Positions 1-9,326 of a stretch of 64,000 nt of DNA are shown piece after piece. Location: contig CAWBZV010000002.1 of assembly GCA_963793305.1 (NCBI GenBank), forward strand, positions 768,001 to 832,000. The letters are read 5' to 3'. A model generated the notes under the pieces. That model did not search any database. It was not told the origin of the DNA and saw nothing but the letters and a program-made list of their open reading frames with translations. This DNA is from an uncultured Gemmatimonadales bacterium. Its GTDB lineage: Bacteria > Gemmatimonadota > Gemmatimonadetes > Gemmatimonadales > Gemmatimonadaceae. The position numbers were made by a program, and so were the translations under genes. The number at the start of each line of letters is the position of its first letter. The first letter of the stretch is position 1.

Positions 1-1
1 C

Positions 2-601
2 CGCGAAGGATCGTTCGCGTACAGCGATGGCAGCTTCTGGATTCCCGCGAACAAGCCCGATACGACATCGTCCGAGATCGCGCGCGTGGATGCACGCTCC
101 GGGCGTATCGTGCGCAGAATACGCGTCGCTGCGCGGTCCGACGTCGTCGTGGCCGGGTTCGGGGCGCTGTGGGTCGCGAGCAGTGCGACGGACACCGTCT
201 TGCGGATCGATCCGGTGCACGAGACGATCGTCGCGCGGATTGGTGTGGGCCCGTCGCCAAAATTCATGACCGTTGGCTCGGGCGCGTTATGGGTGCAGAA
301 CCGACGAGATGGATCGGTCTCGCGCATCGACCCGGCCACGAATCGCGAGGTGGCTCGCATTGAGGCGCATGCGCCGACCGAGTGGGGCGACATCGCCGCG
401 GGCGAGGGCGCGATCTGGTTGGCCGTCGACGGCACGCCGATCACCCGCATCGACCCGCGCACGAATCGCGTGTCCGACCAGTTCGTGGGCGGCAGCGGTG
501 CAGATGCGATCCGCGTGGGCTTTGGCGCGCTGTGGGTTGCCGATCACGAGCACGGCGAAGTGTGGCAGGTCGATGTGCGACAACTGACCAGGAGACCATG
601 A
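2..601 (+). CDS. Beta-propeller repeat protein (YVTN/Vgb-like), 5' end outside window
   Basis: Frame open from base 2; repeated blades 'GFGALWVA..', 'GSGALWVQ..', 'GEGAIWLA..' followed by 'V.RIDP.TN'. Confidence 0.8.
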   Translation, partial: REGSFAYSDGSFWIPANKPDTTSSEIARVDARSGRIVRRIRVAARSDVVVAGFGALWVASSATDTVLRIDPVHETIVARIGVGPSPKFMTVGSGALWVQNRRDGSVSRIDPATNREVARIEAHAPTEWGDIAAGEGAIWLAVDGTPITRIDPRTNRVSDQFVGGSGADAIRVGFGALWVADHEHGEVWQVDVRQLTRRP

Positions 602-813
602 TGCGACAGCTCTTCGGCGTGTACATCGGGCAGGCGGTCGGCGGCGGCGATCCGGAACGGCTGGGTCGAGTCCGAGTAAGCGTGCCCTCTCTCGCTGTGG
701 GACCCGTGTGGGCCCGCGTGTGCACGAACGCGGGGGGCCGCGCGACCGGAGAGGTCGTGGTCGGCTTCGAAGCCGGCGACGCTTCGCGGCCAATCGTGCT
801 GGGATTTCTGTGA
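598..813 (+). CDS. Stand-alone phage baseplate V / VgrG-gp5 OB-fold-like small protein (71 aa)
   Basis: ATG at 598 overlaps upstream TGA (ATGA), preceded by AGGAG; motifs DPERLGRVRV, WARV, EVVVGFEAGDASRPIVLG typical of gp5 OB fold. Confidence 0.75.
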   Translation: MMRQLFGVYIGQAVGGGDPERLGRVRVSVPSLAVGPVWARVCTNAGGRATGEVVVGFEAGDASRPIVLGFL

Positions 814-825
814 CGCGTCGCGAAA

Positions 826-896
826 TTGCCCCTGGTGGATTCGAACCACCATTCCCAGATCCAAAGTCTGGTGTCCTGCCATTGGACGAAGGGGCA
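826..896 (-). tRNA. tRNA-Gln(TTG)
   Basis: TGCCCCT acceptor stem, anticodon arm CCAGA-CTTTGGA-TCTGG, T-loop GGTTCGAATCC; CCA not encoded. Confidence 0.95.
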
Positions 897-925
897 GTCG
901 AGCGTGCCCCCAGAATATAACCGTC

Positions 926-1837
926 CTAGTCGTCGATAATCTGCACGGGCGCCACGCGTAGCGCGGTGGCGGTCGTCAGGGCAGTGGCGGGGGCCGGAAG
1001 ATCCTTCGCGACGGACCAGGGCGCGGTGCCATCGGCCAAGACCGCGAAGACCGTTGCACCCGAGCCGCTCATGCGAGTGAACTCGACACCCTTGGTCGAT
1101 GAAAGAAAGCCGATCGCTTCGCCAATCTCCGGACGGCGTTCGGTCACGACCCCTTCGAAATCGTTCGACGCGAGCGGCGCGAGCGCGTCCCAGGCGCGGA
1201 AGGCGTTCAAGGGAAGCACGCGCGGGATAGGTTGCGCCGAGGATGAGCGCGTGGCGGCGAGCCACGAATAGGCATCCGCGGTCGGCACGCCGAACGGCAT
1301 CGTCGCCAGCACGACTGGCCGTTCGGGAAGTGGCGGCAATGGCAGGATGCGCTCACCGCGACCCCAGGCCAATGCCAGCGGGGAACGCAGCGTCAGGAAT
1401 GGCACGTCAGCGCCGAGCGACAGAGCGAGTGCCAAGACCTCGTCGCGCGTCGGTGGTTTCGGGTCGAGCGTGGCGAGCACGCGCAGGACGGCGCCCGCAT
1501 CGGCGCTGCCGCCGCCTAAGCCGCCGCCGACCGGGATGCGCTTCTCGATCTCGATGCGGAAGCCCGCCGGCCAACCGCGTGCATCCGCGTACGCGACCGC
1601 GGCGCGGAAGGCCAGGTTGCGTCCGGCCGGTCCGACGTCGGCGCCGCGGCAGTCGATGGTGCGGATGCCGCCCATCCGCGCTGGCTGCGTGTGCACGACA
1701 ACGTCATCGGCCAGCGCGAGCCGGCAGAACGCGGTCTCGAGCTGGTGATAGCCGCTCTTTTCCCGCGCCAGGATGTGCAGGAACAGATTGACCTTTGCCT
1801 GCGCGGTCACGCGCGCCGAGCGGGGTCGGGCGCTCAT
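926..1837 (-). CDS. ispE: 4-diphosphocytidyl-2-C-methyl-D-erythritol kinase
   Basis: AKVNLFLHI, KRIPVGGGLGGGSADA, LGADVPF, MSGSGATVF motifs; start taken at ATG 1837. Confidence 0.93.
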   Translation of the reverse strand: MSARPRSARVTAQAKVNLFLHILAREKSGYHQLETAFCRLALADDVVVHTQPARMGGIRTIDCRGADVGPAGRNLAFRAAVAYADARGWPAGFRIEIEKRIPVGGGLGGGSADAGAVLRVLATLDPKPPTRDEVLALALSLGADVPFLTLRSPLALAWGRGERILPLPPLPERPVVLATMPFGVPTADAYSWLAATRSSSAQPIPRVLPLNAFRAWDALAPLASNDFEGVVTERRPEIGEAIGFLSSTKGVEFTRMSGSGATVFAVLADGTAPWSVAKDLPAPATALTTATALRVAPVQIIDD

Positions 1838-2841
1838 GCCGCCTCGACGGCCTTGACGTCCTTGAGGTGCACTCCCATCCGGATGAAGTACCACGCGCCA
1901 ATGATCGTGATCGGCGCGAAGGAGAGGAGATGGTAGCCGATCGCCCACGCGGTCGCCTGCGCCTTCGGGATGCCATACAGCCCGAGCCCGAGGACGCCGA
2001 AGAACTCGAACACGCCGAAGAAGCCAGGTGCGGCCGGCGCGGCCACCCCGATCGCGATCACACCCTGCAAGAAGAGCGCGGCGCCGAATGGCACATGAAT
2101 GCCCACGGCGAAAAACCCGAGCCAGAACGCCAGTCCGTTGCAGAGCCAGTGCAGCACGGCCCAGAAGAGCACGACCGCGAATCGCACCGGGCTACGGAGC
2201 ACGCTCAGGCCCTGCGCAAAGTGGGTCAGCGCCTTTCGGCCGGGCTCCTCCAACTTTGGCGCGACCTTCCGCGCGAACGCCTCGTAGGCACCAATGAGCC
2301 ACTGCGGGAAGTACACGATGCTGTACAAGATCACCGCGAGGACGGCGAGCAGAATCGTTCCCACGATCGCCACGCGCGTGGTCGAGACATCGCCTACCCT
2401 CGCCCCTTTCGGAAACGAAGGCAACAGCATCGCGATGACCGTCAGCATCAGCACGACGAAGGCGTCGAACAGTCGATCGACCGCGAGGGATGCCAGCGCG
2501 GCCGAGAAGGGAACCTTCGGCTCTTCCTTGGTGAGCGCGTACCCGCGGGCGAATTCGCCGACCCGCGCGGGGACGACGTTGTTCACCATCATGCCGATCG
2601 CGGTTGCGCGCCAAAGTGACCAGTACGGGAGCCGTGGCGCGACCGGGTCCAGAATCGGCCGCCACCGGATCGCGCGCAACGGCACGCAGATGGTGGCCGT
2701 GATCGATGCCGCCGCGAACAGCAGCAGGTTCGAGGAGCGGAGCACGGCCCAGACTTGGGACAACGGGATCTGAGACAGTACCCACGCGAGCAGCCCCGCA
2801 CTCAGGACAATGCCCAGCGCGCCGCGCCAATCCAACTTCAT
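1834..2841 (-). CDS. Lysylphosphatidylglycerol synthase TM-domain / UPF0104 flippase-like membrane protein
   Basis: Multi-TM; RAIRW, NNVVPARVGEFAR, DRLFD, PAAPGFFGVFE motifs. Confidence 0.85.
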   Translation of the reverse strand: MKLDWRGALGIVLSAGLLAWVLSQIPLSQVWAVLRSSNLLLFAAASITATICVPLRAIRWRPILDPVAPRLPYWSLWRATAIGMMVNNVVPARVGEFARGYALTKEEPKVPFSAALASLAVDRLFDAFVVLMLTVIAMLLPSFPKGARVGDVSTTRVAIVGTILLAVLAVILYSIVYFPQWLIGAYEAFARKVAPKLEEPGRKALTHFAQGLSVLRSPVRFAVVLFWAVLHWLCNGLAFWLGFFAVGIHVPFGAALFLQGVIAIGVAAPAAPGFFGVFEFFGVLGLGLYGIPKAQATAWAIGYHLLSFAPITIIGAWYFIRMGVHLKDVKAVEAA

Positions 2842-2847
2842 TTCGGC

Positions 2848-4461
2848 TTACGCTGTCGCGGCAAGGTCGATGAGATCGAGCAGCTCGGCGAGCGACTCGG
2901 GACGTGCGGCGGCGCCGGTACGCTCGGCCTCCCGGATCTCGTCGCGCACGGCGCGCGCCCGGTCCAGCGCGGCGCGGCCGCGATACAAGAGCGCGTCGAT
3001 CGACACGATCTCCGAGCTGTCGTCGTCGACCGCGATCGGCTCGCGCTCGATCTCGCTGATGCCATTCTGCAGGAACGCGTGCAGCGCCCTCCCCGTCGGC
3101 GTGGAGGTGCGCTCGCGGCCCGGGCTCATCGGACTCGGCGCGGCGAAGCCCGCGTCCGGTCCCCGCAGGCCGAGCAGGCGTTCGAGCGACAGCTCGGTCT
3201 CGATCCCTTCCGGTACGATCGTGGTGTCGCTCAACCCCAGCGCGATCTCTTGTTCGAGCGCGCGGGCATCGACTTCGCCATCGGCGTTGTCAACGCCGGC
3301 GACGCGAGCCGCCAAGTTCCGCGCATCGGCGGACGGGTCGGCGAGCACGTCGGCGATGGCGCGAATCGAGCCGAGCTCGCCGGGCGCGAACGGCTGCGAG
3401 TCGTCGCCTTCGGCAACCTGCGCAATGATCGCCGCCACATCGCGCTCACCAAAGCTCTCGGCGGCGCTGCGCATGGCGCGCAGGGCCGAGCGAAGGTCGG
3501 CCGGCGTGCCGCCCGCGAGCAGCGATCGGAGATGTTCGGCCTGGCTGACGACCTCCAGCCGGAAACGCTCGGCCGGCGTCGTCGGAGGACTGGGCGCCGC
3601 GTCGATGACGCCGTCAGAGCCGTCATCGGGGAAGAGCGCGTCGATCGGGACAATGCGGTCGGCGGCCTCGGAGGCTTTCGCGATCTGGGCGCGCGCCAAC
3701 ACGAAGCGCTGATACTCGACGGACGCGGTGGCATTCCTGATGTTGCCGGCCCGGAGCTCGCCAGCCGCGCGGCGAAGGAGCTGGGCGGCTGCGGTCAGCA
3801 AGACCAGGGACGCAGCCCCTGGCGTGCCCGCGTCGAGCTCCAGCGACCGCCCGACGCGCTCGACGGCGTCGAGGACTTCCGGGAGCGGCGGCCGGTCGGC
3901 GACGGCGGCCACCCCGCGCAGCGTGCGCACGCGCGCCAACGCGCCCGCGAGCGTCCCGCGGCCGGCGGGACGAGCCGCAAATGCATCGAGCGCGAGCGCG
4001 ATCTCAGTGGTCTCGCTCGCGAAGTACTGGTCGGCGCCAGCGCCGGCGGCAGACGCCGTCGCGCCGACGGCATCGGCGCCGGCCGGCAGGTACCGGGCAA
4101 GGTCGGCTACCCGTCGAGCCGATCGCGCGTCCTCGGTCGCGCTCCAACCGCGGACCTTGTGCACCAGGATCTTGAGATCGTCGACCGCCGCGACCAGCGC
4201 GGCCGAAAGCGGCGCGGTCCACCGGAGCTCGCCAGCGCGGAGCGCACGACCAGCGCGTTCCAGGGCAGCGGCCAAGTCGGCGATCGCCGAGAGGCGATGC
4301 ATGGTCGCGGCGCCGCGCAGCGTTCGGGCGGCCCGCACGAAATCGTCTGCCGACGGCCCGCTGCCAGTCGCACCCGCGGCGTGCAGAATGACATCGAGGC
4401 GCTCGATGCATTCGCTCGCTTCCAGAGTGAAAAAGTTGAGCGGATCGGAGGACGTGGTCAT
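2848..4461 (-). CDS. Hpt-like repeat protein (phospho-acceptor His replaced by Arg)
   Basis: N-terminus resembles CheA P1 (FFTLEASECIERLD...AARTLRGAATM); two further similar helical repeats. Confidence 0.75.
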   Translation of the reverse strand: MTTSSDPLNFFTLEASECIERLDVILHAAGATGSGPSADDFVRAARTLRGAATMHRLSAIADLAAALERAGRALRAGELRWTAPLSAALVAAVDDLKILVHKVRGWSATEDARSARRVADLARYLPAGADAVGATASAAGAGADQYFASETTEIALALDAFAARPAGRGTLAGALARVRTLRGVAAVADRPPLPEVLDAVERVGRSLELDAGTPGAASLVLLTAAAQLLRRAAGELRAGNIRNATASVEYQRFVLARAQIAKASEAADRIVPIDALFPDDGSDGVIDAAPSPPTTPAERFRLEVVSQAEHLRSLLAGGTPADLRSALRAMRSAAESFGERDVAAIIAQVAEGDDSQPFAPGELGSIRAIADVLADPSADARNLAARVAGVDNADGEVDARALEQEIALGLSDTTIVPEGIETELSLERLLGLRGPDAGFAAPSPMSPGRERTSTPTGRALHAFLQNGISEIEREPIAVDDDSSEIVSIDALLYRGRAALDRARAVRDEIREAERTGAAARPESLAELLDLIDLAATA

Positions 4462-4483
4462 TCGAATAGGAGGTTAACCGGCT

Positions 4484-5227
4484 CTATATGGACGCGCGAG
4501 CCATGTTCATCGCCACCCGCATCTCCCGGACGGCCTCGGCCAGACCGACAAACAGAGCACGGCTGACAATCGAGTGGCCGATGTTCAGCTCCTCTATTTC
4601 TGGGATCGCGGCGACCGGACCGACGTTTCCGACCGTGAGGCCATGGCCGGCATGGACCGCCAGTCCCAGCGCTGCCGCACGCTCGGAGGCGGCCGCCAGA
4701 GCCTGCACCTCACGGTCCGCGCCACTCAAGGCGTATTGGCCCGTGTGGAGCTCGATCGCGTCGGCGCCGACGTCCCGGGACAGCGACACTGTCTCCAGCG
4801 TCGGGTCTATGAACAGGCTGGTCCGAATGCCGGCCGAGCGGAGGCGAGCAATCGCGCGGGCGATGCGATCCGCCGCGCCGGCGACATTGAGGCCGCCCTC
4901 GGTCGTGACCTCCAAGCGTCGCTCTGGCACGAGCGTCACCTGATACGGCTTGAGCCGTTCGGCGATGCCGACCATCTCGTCGGTACAGGCCATTTCGAGA
5001 TTGAACGCCGTTCGCACTGAGCGCATGAGACGATTGACGTCGTCATCCTGGATATGACGACGATCTTCGCGCAGGTGCGCCGTGATGCCATCGGCGCCCG
5101 CGTCCTCGCACACCGCGGCGGCCGCGACGGGGTCGGGTTCGGATCCGCGCCGCGCTTGCCGCACTGTGGCGACGTGGTCAATGTTGATGTAGAGCCGCTG
5201 GTACGGATGGGCTCGGGTTGCTGGCAT
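4484..5227 (-). CDS. pdxJ: Pyridoxine 5'-phosphate synthase
   Basis: [49 protein letters not shown]. Confidence 0.97.
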   Translation of the reverse strand: MPATRAHPYQRLYINIDHVATVRQARRGSEPDPVAAAAVCEDAGADGITAHLREDRRHIQDDDVNRLMRSVRTAFNLEMACTDEMVGIAERLKPYQVTLVPERRLEVTTEGGLNVAGAADRIARAIARLRSAGIRTSLFIDPTLETVSLSRDVGADAIELHTGQYALSGADREVQALAAASERAAALGLAVHAGHGLTVGNVGPVAAIPEIEELNIGHSIVSRALFVGLAEAVREMRVAMNMARASI

Positions 5228-5253
5228 TGGAGAGGCTCGCTAGCTTCGCTTTC

Positions 5254-5766
5254 GTGAAATCATACGCCGGGATATTAGTCGCGGCATTGGCGGTGCTGGC
5301 GGCATGTTCGTCGAACAAGCCGACCACGACGAATCCGCCAGTGAGCAACAACCCGCCGATCGCCAACAGCACGCCGACCGCGCCGACCACCGATCTCGGG
5401 CTCACCGGCGCTCCCGACGCACGCAGCGCGGCGCGGGCGTTCCTCGACGCCGGCAAGGCTCAGGATCTGCAAGCGCTCTCGGCGGTCTGGGGCAGCAATA
5501 ATGGGCCGCTTCGCAACATGGTTTCGCACGCTGAGCTCGAGAAGCGAGAGCTCGTGATGATGTGCTTCTTGAAGCACGACACCGACAGCATCGGCAGTCC
5601 AAGCGCTGCCGCCGGAAGCCGCGTCGTGTTCCCGGTGACGCTCACGGCGGGCCGCGTCTCGCGCGCGACGACGCTTACGACCATGGTCGGCCCGGCTTCG
5701 CGGTGGTACGTGGAGAAGATCGACCTGCGGGCCATAGAGGCGCTCTGCCAAAAAGGGCCCAGCTGA
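5254..5766 (+). CDS. Hypothetical lipoprotein
   Basis: GTG start gives MKSYAGILVAALAVLAA-C lipobox, then a Pro/Thr/Asn linker and a small globular domain. Confidence 0.7.
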   Translation: MKSYAGILVAALAVLAACSSNKPTTTNPPVSNNPPIANSTPTAPTTDLGLTGAPDARSAARAFLDAGKAQDLQALSAVWGSNNGPLRNMVSHAELEKRELVMMCFLKHDTDSIGSPSAAAGSRVVFPVTLTAGRVSRATTLTTMVGPASRWYVEKIDLRAIEALCQKGPS

Positions 5767-5802
5767 GGCCCCGCGGGGGGAACTCTGAGGCGTGTTTACC
5801 GG

Positions 5803-6195
5803 TTAGTTTTCTGTCAGTTCGATTAGCACGCCCCCGGTAGCGCTCGGATGGAGAAACGCAATCCGTTTCCCCTCAGCGCCCACCCGGGGCGTTTGATCGA
5901 TCAGCCGGATTCCGGCGGCTCGGCAGCGCGCGAGCGCATCGTCGAGGTCGTCGACGGCGAAGCAAATGTGATGGATTCCTGGCCCCCGCGAGTCCAGAAA
6001 CTTGGCGACCGGAGTGCCCGCTTCCCGCGGTTCGAGAAGCTCGACGAGCGACTCGCCGGCCGCGAGCCCGATGATCGACGCGCCGTCGGCGTCATCGAGC
6101 GGAACGACGGGGAGTCCGAGAACGTCGCGGTAGAACGGCACGGAGTCGGCGAGCGCACGAACAGCGATCCCGATATGTGAGATTCGGGGAGCCAT
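5803..6195 (-). CDS. mce: Methylmalonyl-CoA epimerase (VOC family)
   Basis: ISHIGIAV, ELLEP, FLDSRGPGIHHICFAVDD, AFLHPSATGGVLIEL. Confidence 0.88.
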   Translation of the reverse strand: MAPRISHIGIAVRALADSVPFYRDVLGLPVVPLDDADGASIIGLAAGESLVELLEPREAGTPVAKFLDSRGPGIHHICFAVDDLDDALARCRAAGIRLIDQTPRVGAEGKRIAFLHPSATGGVLIELTEN

Positions 6196-6221
6196 GCGGT
6201 CATAATCTACGAGGGCGAGAC

Positions 6222-6582
6222 ATGTCGAACGCTATAGCGGTTACGGATACCAGTTTTGAGAGCGAAATAGAGAAGCACGAAGGGTTGGCCGTCGTCGACT
6301 TCTGGGCCACGTGGTGCGGCCCGTGTCGGATGGTCGCGCCGATCCTCGATCAGCTGGCGGTGGAGTACGAGGGTCGGGCGAAGGTCACGAAGCTCGAACG
6401 TCGACGCCAACCAGCAGACGGCCATTCGGTTCAACGTCCGGTCCATCCCAACGATTCTCTTCTTCAAGGACGGGAAGCTCGTTGACCAGATCATCGGCGC
6501 CCTCCCGAAGCCCGCTCTGGAGGCGAAGTTCAAGCAGCACGCCACGAACGGCGTGAAGGCGCCCGCCGCGCCGCAAGCCTGA
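6222..6582 (+). CDS. trxA: Thioredoxin, interrupted by a +1 frameshift near 6397 (probably assembly error)
   Basis: [12 protein letters not shown] in frame 1; removing one base at GAACGTC restores [29 protein letters not shown] to TGA 6580-6582. Confidence 0.9.
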
Positions 6583-6757
6583 TCGATTACGATCGTGGCT
6601 CGGGCTGCACCTGAGCGATCCGAACCGACGGCAACGGCAATAACGGCAGGTTCCTCGGGGGGTGGGTACGCGCGAAGCGCGGCCCACCCCTTTGGCATTT
6701 TGGGTTGCGGGGGCCGCGTCTCGACCGTCTATTTTCGGCCGACACCCCCCGCCCCGC

Positions 6758-7753
6758 ATGCCTCTTCGAGCCGCCAGCCTGCGTTTCCCGTGCGAACGCG
6801 TGCTGCTCGCGCGGACGAAACTGGCGTACGTGCACGTGCGGAACCTCCTCACGGACGCCAAGCGAGACCGCGCCGGGAGAGTCTACGGCTACGTCGCCAT
6901 CTGGCTCCCCGAAGAGTTTCTGGTCCTGTACGTCCGTTCCGGTGAAGTGGTAAACGCGATGGCCCTCGACGATGAGGGCTATCGCGCCCTCTCGATCGCG
7001 GACGCGATCGATCTCGTGCCGGCCGAGCCCGAGTTCGGCGAGATCTGTTTTCACGAGGCGAGCGACCGTCAGCTCGCCTGCATGCACTTCTCGCAGATGG
7101 AAGAGCCGACGCCGTGGCCGCCCGAGCTCGACCCGACCGACCCGGAAGCGCTCTTCGCGCACCTCGGCGCGACGACATTCGACGGAATGCTGGAGATCGT
7201 CGACGATGGCGCGATCCACTACGTCATGCTGCGCGACGGCCTCGTCGAGCACTGCTTTCTCGGGTGCGGCACCGCGAAGACCGATGAGCCCGAAGTCCTG
7301 CGCGCCCGCCGCCCGTTCAGCGAGACCGCCGATCGGAAGACGCTCGGCGTGTTTCGCTGGCCGGTCCCGCCGCCACTGCCGGTACAGGCCAACCCGAGCC
7401 TGATCCAAGCCTACCGGGAGCTGACGCACGCGCTCGTGAGCCGACTGGTCGAAGGTGGCAACCCCGGGGCGCCCAAGGTCGCGGAATACGCCCGCGAAGC
7501 CCTGGTGCCGGATCATCCCTGTCTCGCCTGTTTTTCGGCGCTCTCGCAGGCGCCCGACCTCCACGATCCCGTGGTCGACGCCGAAGCGCTCACGGCCGCG
7601 GTCGCGCAATGGGTGCAAGAGATCATTCTGGCGGCGGTGGATCTGGACACCACGCGTCCCGAGGAGATCTTGCGTAGCGTGACCCACGAGCGGCGCCGCG
7701 CATTTCAGTCGGCAGGATTCTTTCAAAGGCTGCCCTGGCCGATCACGTGGTAG
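6758..7753 (+). CDS. Hypothetical protein with two PATAN/DUF4388-like segments
   Basis: Long ORF with coding-like GC3 bias; repeated 'G.v.I......l.v..G.V' beta pattern. Confidence 0.7.
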   Translation: MPLRAASLRFPCERVLLARTKLAYVHVRNLLTDAKRDRAGRVYGYVAIWLPEEFLVLYVRSGEVVNAMALDDEGYRALSIADAIDLVPAEPEFGEICFHEASDRQLACMHFSQMEEPTPWPPELDPTDPEALFAHLGATTFDGMLEIVDDGAIHYVMLRDGLVEHCFLGCGTAKTDEPEVLRARRPFSETADRKTLGVFRWPVPPPLPVQANPSLIQAYRELTHALVSRLVEGGNPGAPKVAEYAREALVPDHPCLACFSALSQAPDLHDPVVDAEALTAAVAQWVQEIILAAVDLDTTRPEEILRSVTHERRRAFQSAGFFQRLPWPITW

Positions 7754-8565
7754 AGGGTCGGCTCTACGTCGTCAGCACCCCGATCGGCAACCTCGCCGAT
7801 CTGACGTTTCGCGCCGTCGACATTCTCAAGACCGTCGACCGGATCCTCTGCGAGGACACACGCCACACGCGGATCTTACTGGATCATTACGCGATCCGGA
7901 CACCGACGAGCGCGTATCACGAGCACAACGAGGCCAAAGCGACCCCGCGTATCGTCGCCGAGCTTGCCAAAGGCGCGGCGCTGGCGCTCGTCACCGACGC
8001 CGGTACGCCGATTCTCTCGGATCCCGGCGCCCGCCTCGTCCGCGCGGCGATCGAGGCTGGCGTGCCCGTCGAGCCAGTGCCCGGCGCGTCGGCCCTGTTG
8101 GCGGCGATCGTCGCCGCTGGGCTCGATGCGGACCGGTTCACGTTCTTCGGGTTCCTGCCCCGGAAGGGCGCCGAGCGGCGGAGTCTCGTCAGCCAGATTG
8201 CAACGGCTGAGCATCTCACGATCTTGTATGAAGCGCCCGGGCGGGTTGCCGCGACGCTGGCCGAGATCGGCGGGACTCGCCAGGCGGTTGTGGCGCGGGA
8301 ACTGACGAAGCAGTTCGAGGAGCTCCGGCGCGGAACGGTGGACGAGTTGGCGGCGTACTACGCAGAGCACCCTCCGCGAGGGGAGGTGGTTGTGTTGATC
8401 GCCGGAGGTACGGCGTCTCCACCGGATGAAGCCGTGGTCCGGAAGCGCGCCGTGGCTCTTCGTACGCAGGGCGCCCCGGCTCGCGAGATCATGCAGGCGC
8501 TGACGGCCGAGTTTGGGCTGGCGCGCAATGTGGCATATCGGTTGGCGCACGAGGAGGAAGAATGA
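7747..8565 (+). CDS. rsmI: 16S rRNA (cytidine1402-2'-O)-methyltransferase
   Basis: LYVVSTPIGNLADLTFRA, CEDTRHT, DAGTPILSDPG, VARELTKQFEE. Confidence 0.95.
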   Translation: MVEGRLYVVSTPIGNLADLTFRAVDILKTVDRILCEDTRHTRILLDHYAIRTPTSAYHEHNEAKATPRIVAELAKGAALALVTDAGTPILSDPGARLVRAAIEAGVPVEPVPGASALLAAIVAAGLDADRFTFFGFLPRKGAERRSLVSQIATAEHLTILYEAPGRVAATLAEIGGTRQAVVARELTKQFEELRRGTVDELAAYYAEHPPRGEVVVLIAGGTASPPDEAVVRKRAVALRTQGAPAREIMQALTAEFGLARNVAYRLAHEEEE

Positions 8566-9326
8566 GGGCAGCCACGACGTTGCCAGCGAGGGCAGCCGCG
8601 ACGTTGCCGTTGAGGGCAGCCGCGACGTTGCAGTTGAGAGCAGCCACGACGTTGCTACTGGCAGTTGCGACGCTCGGCTGGGCCAGTCGAGACACGGCGT
8701 CGAAGGCGCGAAGCGCCGAGACGCGCTTGACTGTCGCGCGACTGCAGTACGATGGCGGCGGAGACTGGTATGCGAACCCGTCGAGCCTCCCGAACCTCCT
8801 CGCGGCTATTTCAGAACGAACGTCGCTCAAAGTCGAGCGGACCGAAGCCCGCGTCACGCTCATGGATGATCGCCTGTGGGACTATCCGTTTCTCCACGTC
8901 ACGGGACACGGGAATATCCATTTCAGCGATCAAGAGATCGTGCGTTTGCGCGAGTATCTCGCCCGAGGCGGATTCCTGCACGTCGATGACAACTACGGCC
9001 TGGACGAAGCCTTCCGCCGTGAGATCGCTCGCGTCTTCCCGGACCGGCCGCTCGTCGACGTCCCTCTCTCGCACCCGATCTATCACATTGTCTACGATTT
9101 CCCGAAAGGCGTGCCGAAGATTCACGAGCACGATGGGAAACCGGCCAGAGGATTCGGCATTTTTATTGGCGATCGGCTCGCGGTGTACTACACGTTCTCC
9201 AGTGATCTCGGGAATGGGTGGGAGGACGTTGGCACCTATGATGATCCCCCAGCGCTGCATGAGGCGGCGCTCCGTATGGGCGTCAATCTGTTCGTGTACG
9301 CGGTGACGAGCCGGCCGGTCTCGTGA
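8562..9326 (+). CDS. DUF4159 domain protein
   Basis: ARLQYDGGGDWYANPSSLPNL, YPFLHVTGHG, GGFLHVDDNYG, PKIHEHDG, DLGNGWED. Confidence 0.85.
   Translation: MRAATTLPARAAATLPLRAAATLQLRAATTLLLAVATLGWASRDTASKARSAETRLTVARLQYDGGGDWYANPSSLPNLLAAISERTSLKVERTEARVTLMDDRLWDYPFLHVTGHGNIHFSDQEIVRLREYLARGGFLHVDDNYGLDEAFRREIARVFPDRPLVDVPLSHPIYHIVYDFPKGVPKIHEHDGKPARGFGIFIGDRLAVYYTFSSDLGNGWEDVGTYDDPPALHEAALRMGVNLFVYAVTSRPVS
8564..8659 (+). repeat. Four imperfect 24-bp tandem repeats (GAGGGCAGCCRCGACGTTGCxxxx)
   Basis: gagggcagccacgacgttgccagc / gagggcagccgcgacgttgccgtt / gagggcagccgcgacgttgcagtt / gagagcagccacgacgttgctact. Confidence 0.85.

Noticed and set aside
1838..1948. N-terminal extension of ispE in ORF track
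   Set aside because: Overlaps the upstream gene; ATG at 1837 is coupled to the upstream stop and directly precedes the conserved AKVNL motif.
2755..4566. 603-aa plus-strand ORF
   Set aside because: Antisense shadow of the Hpt-like gene; Arg/Gly-rich composition typical of GC-rich off-frames.
8564..8659. Possible CRISPR array
   Set aside because: Repeats are head-to-tail with no unique spacers, lie in a coding frame, and no cas genes are present.
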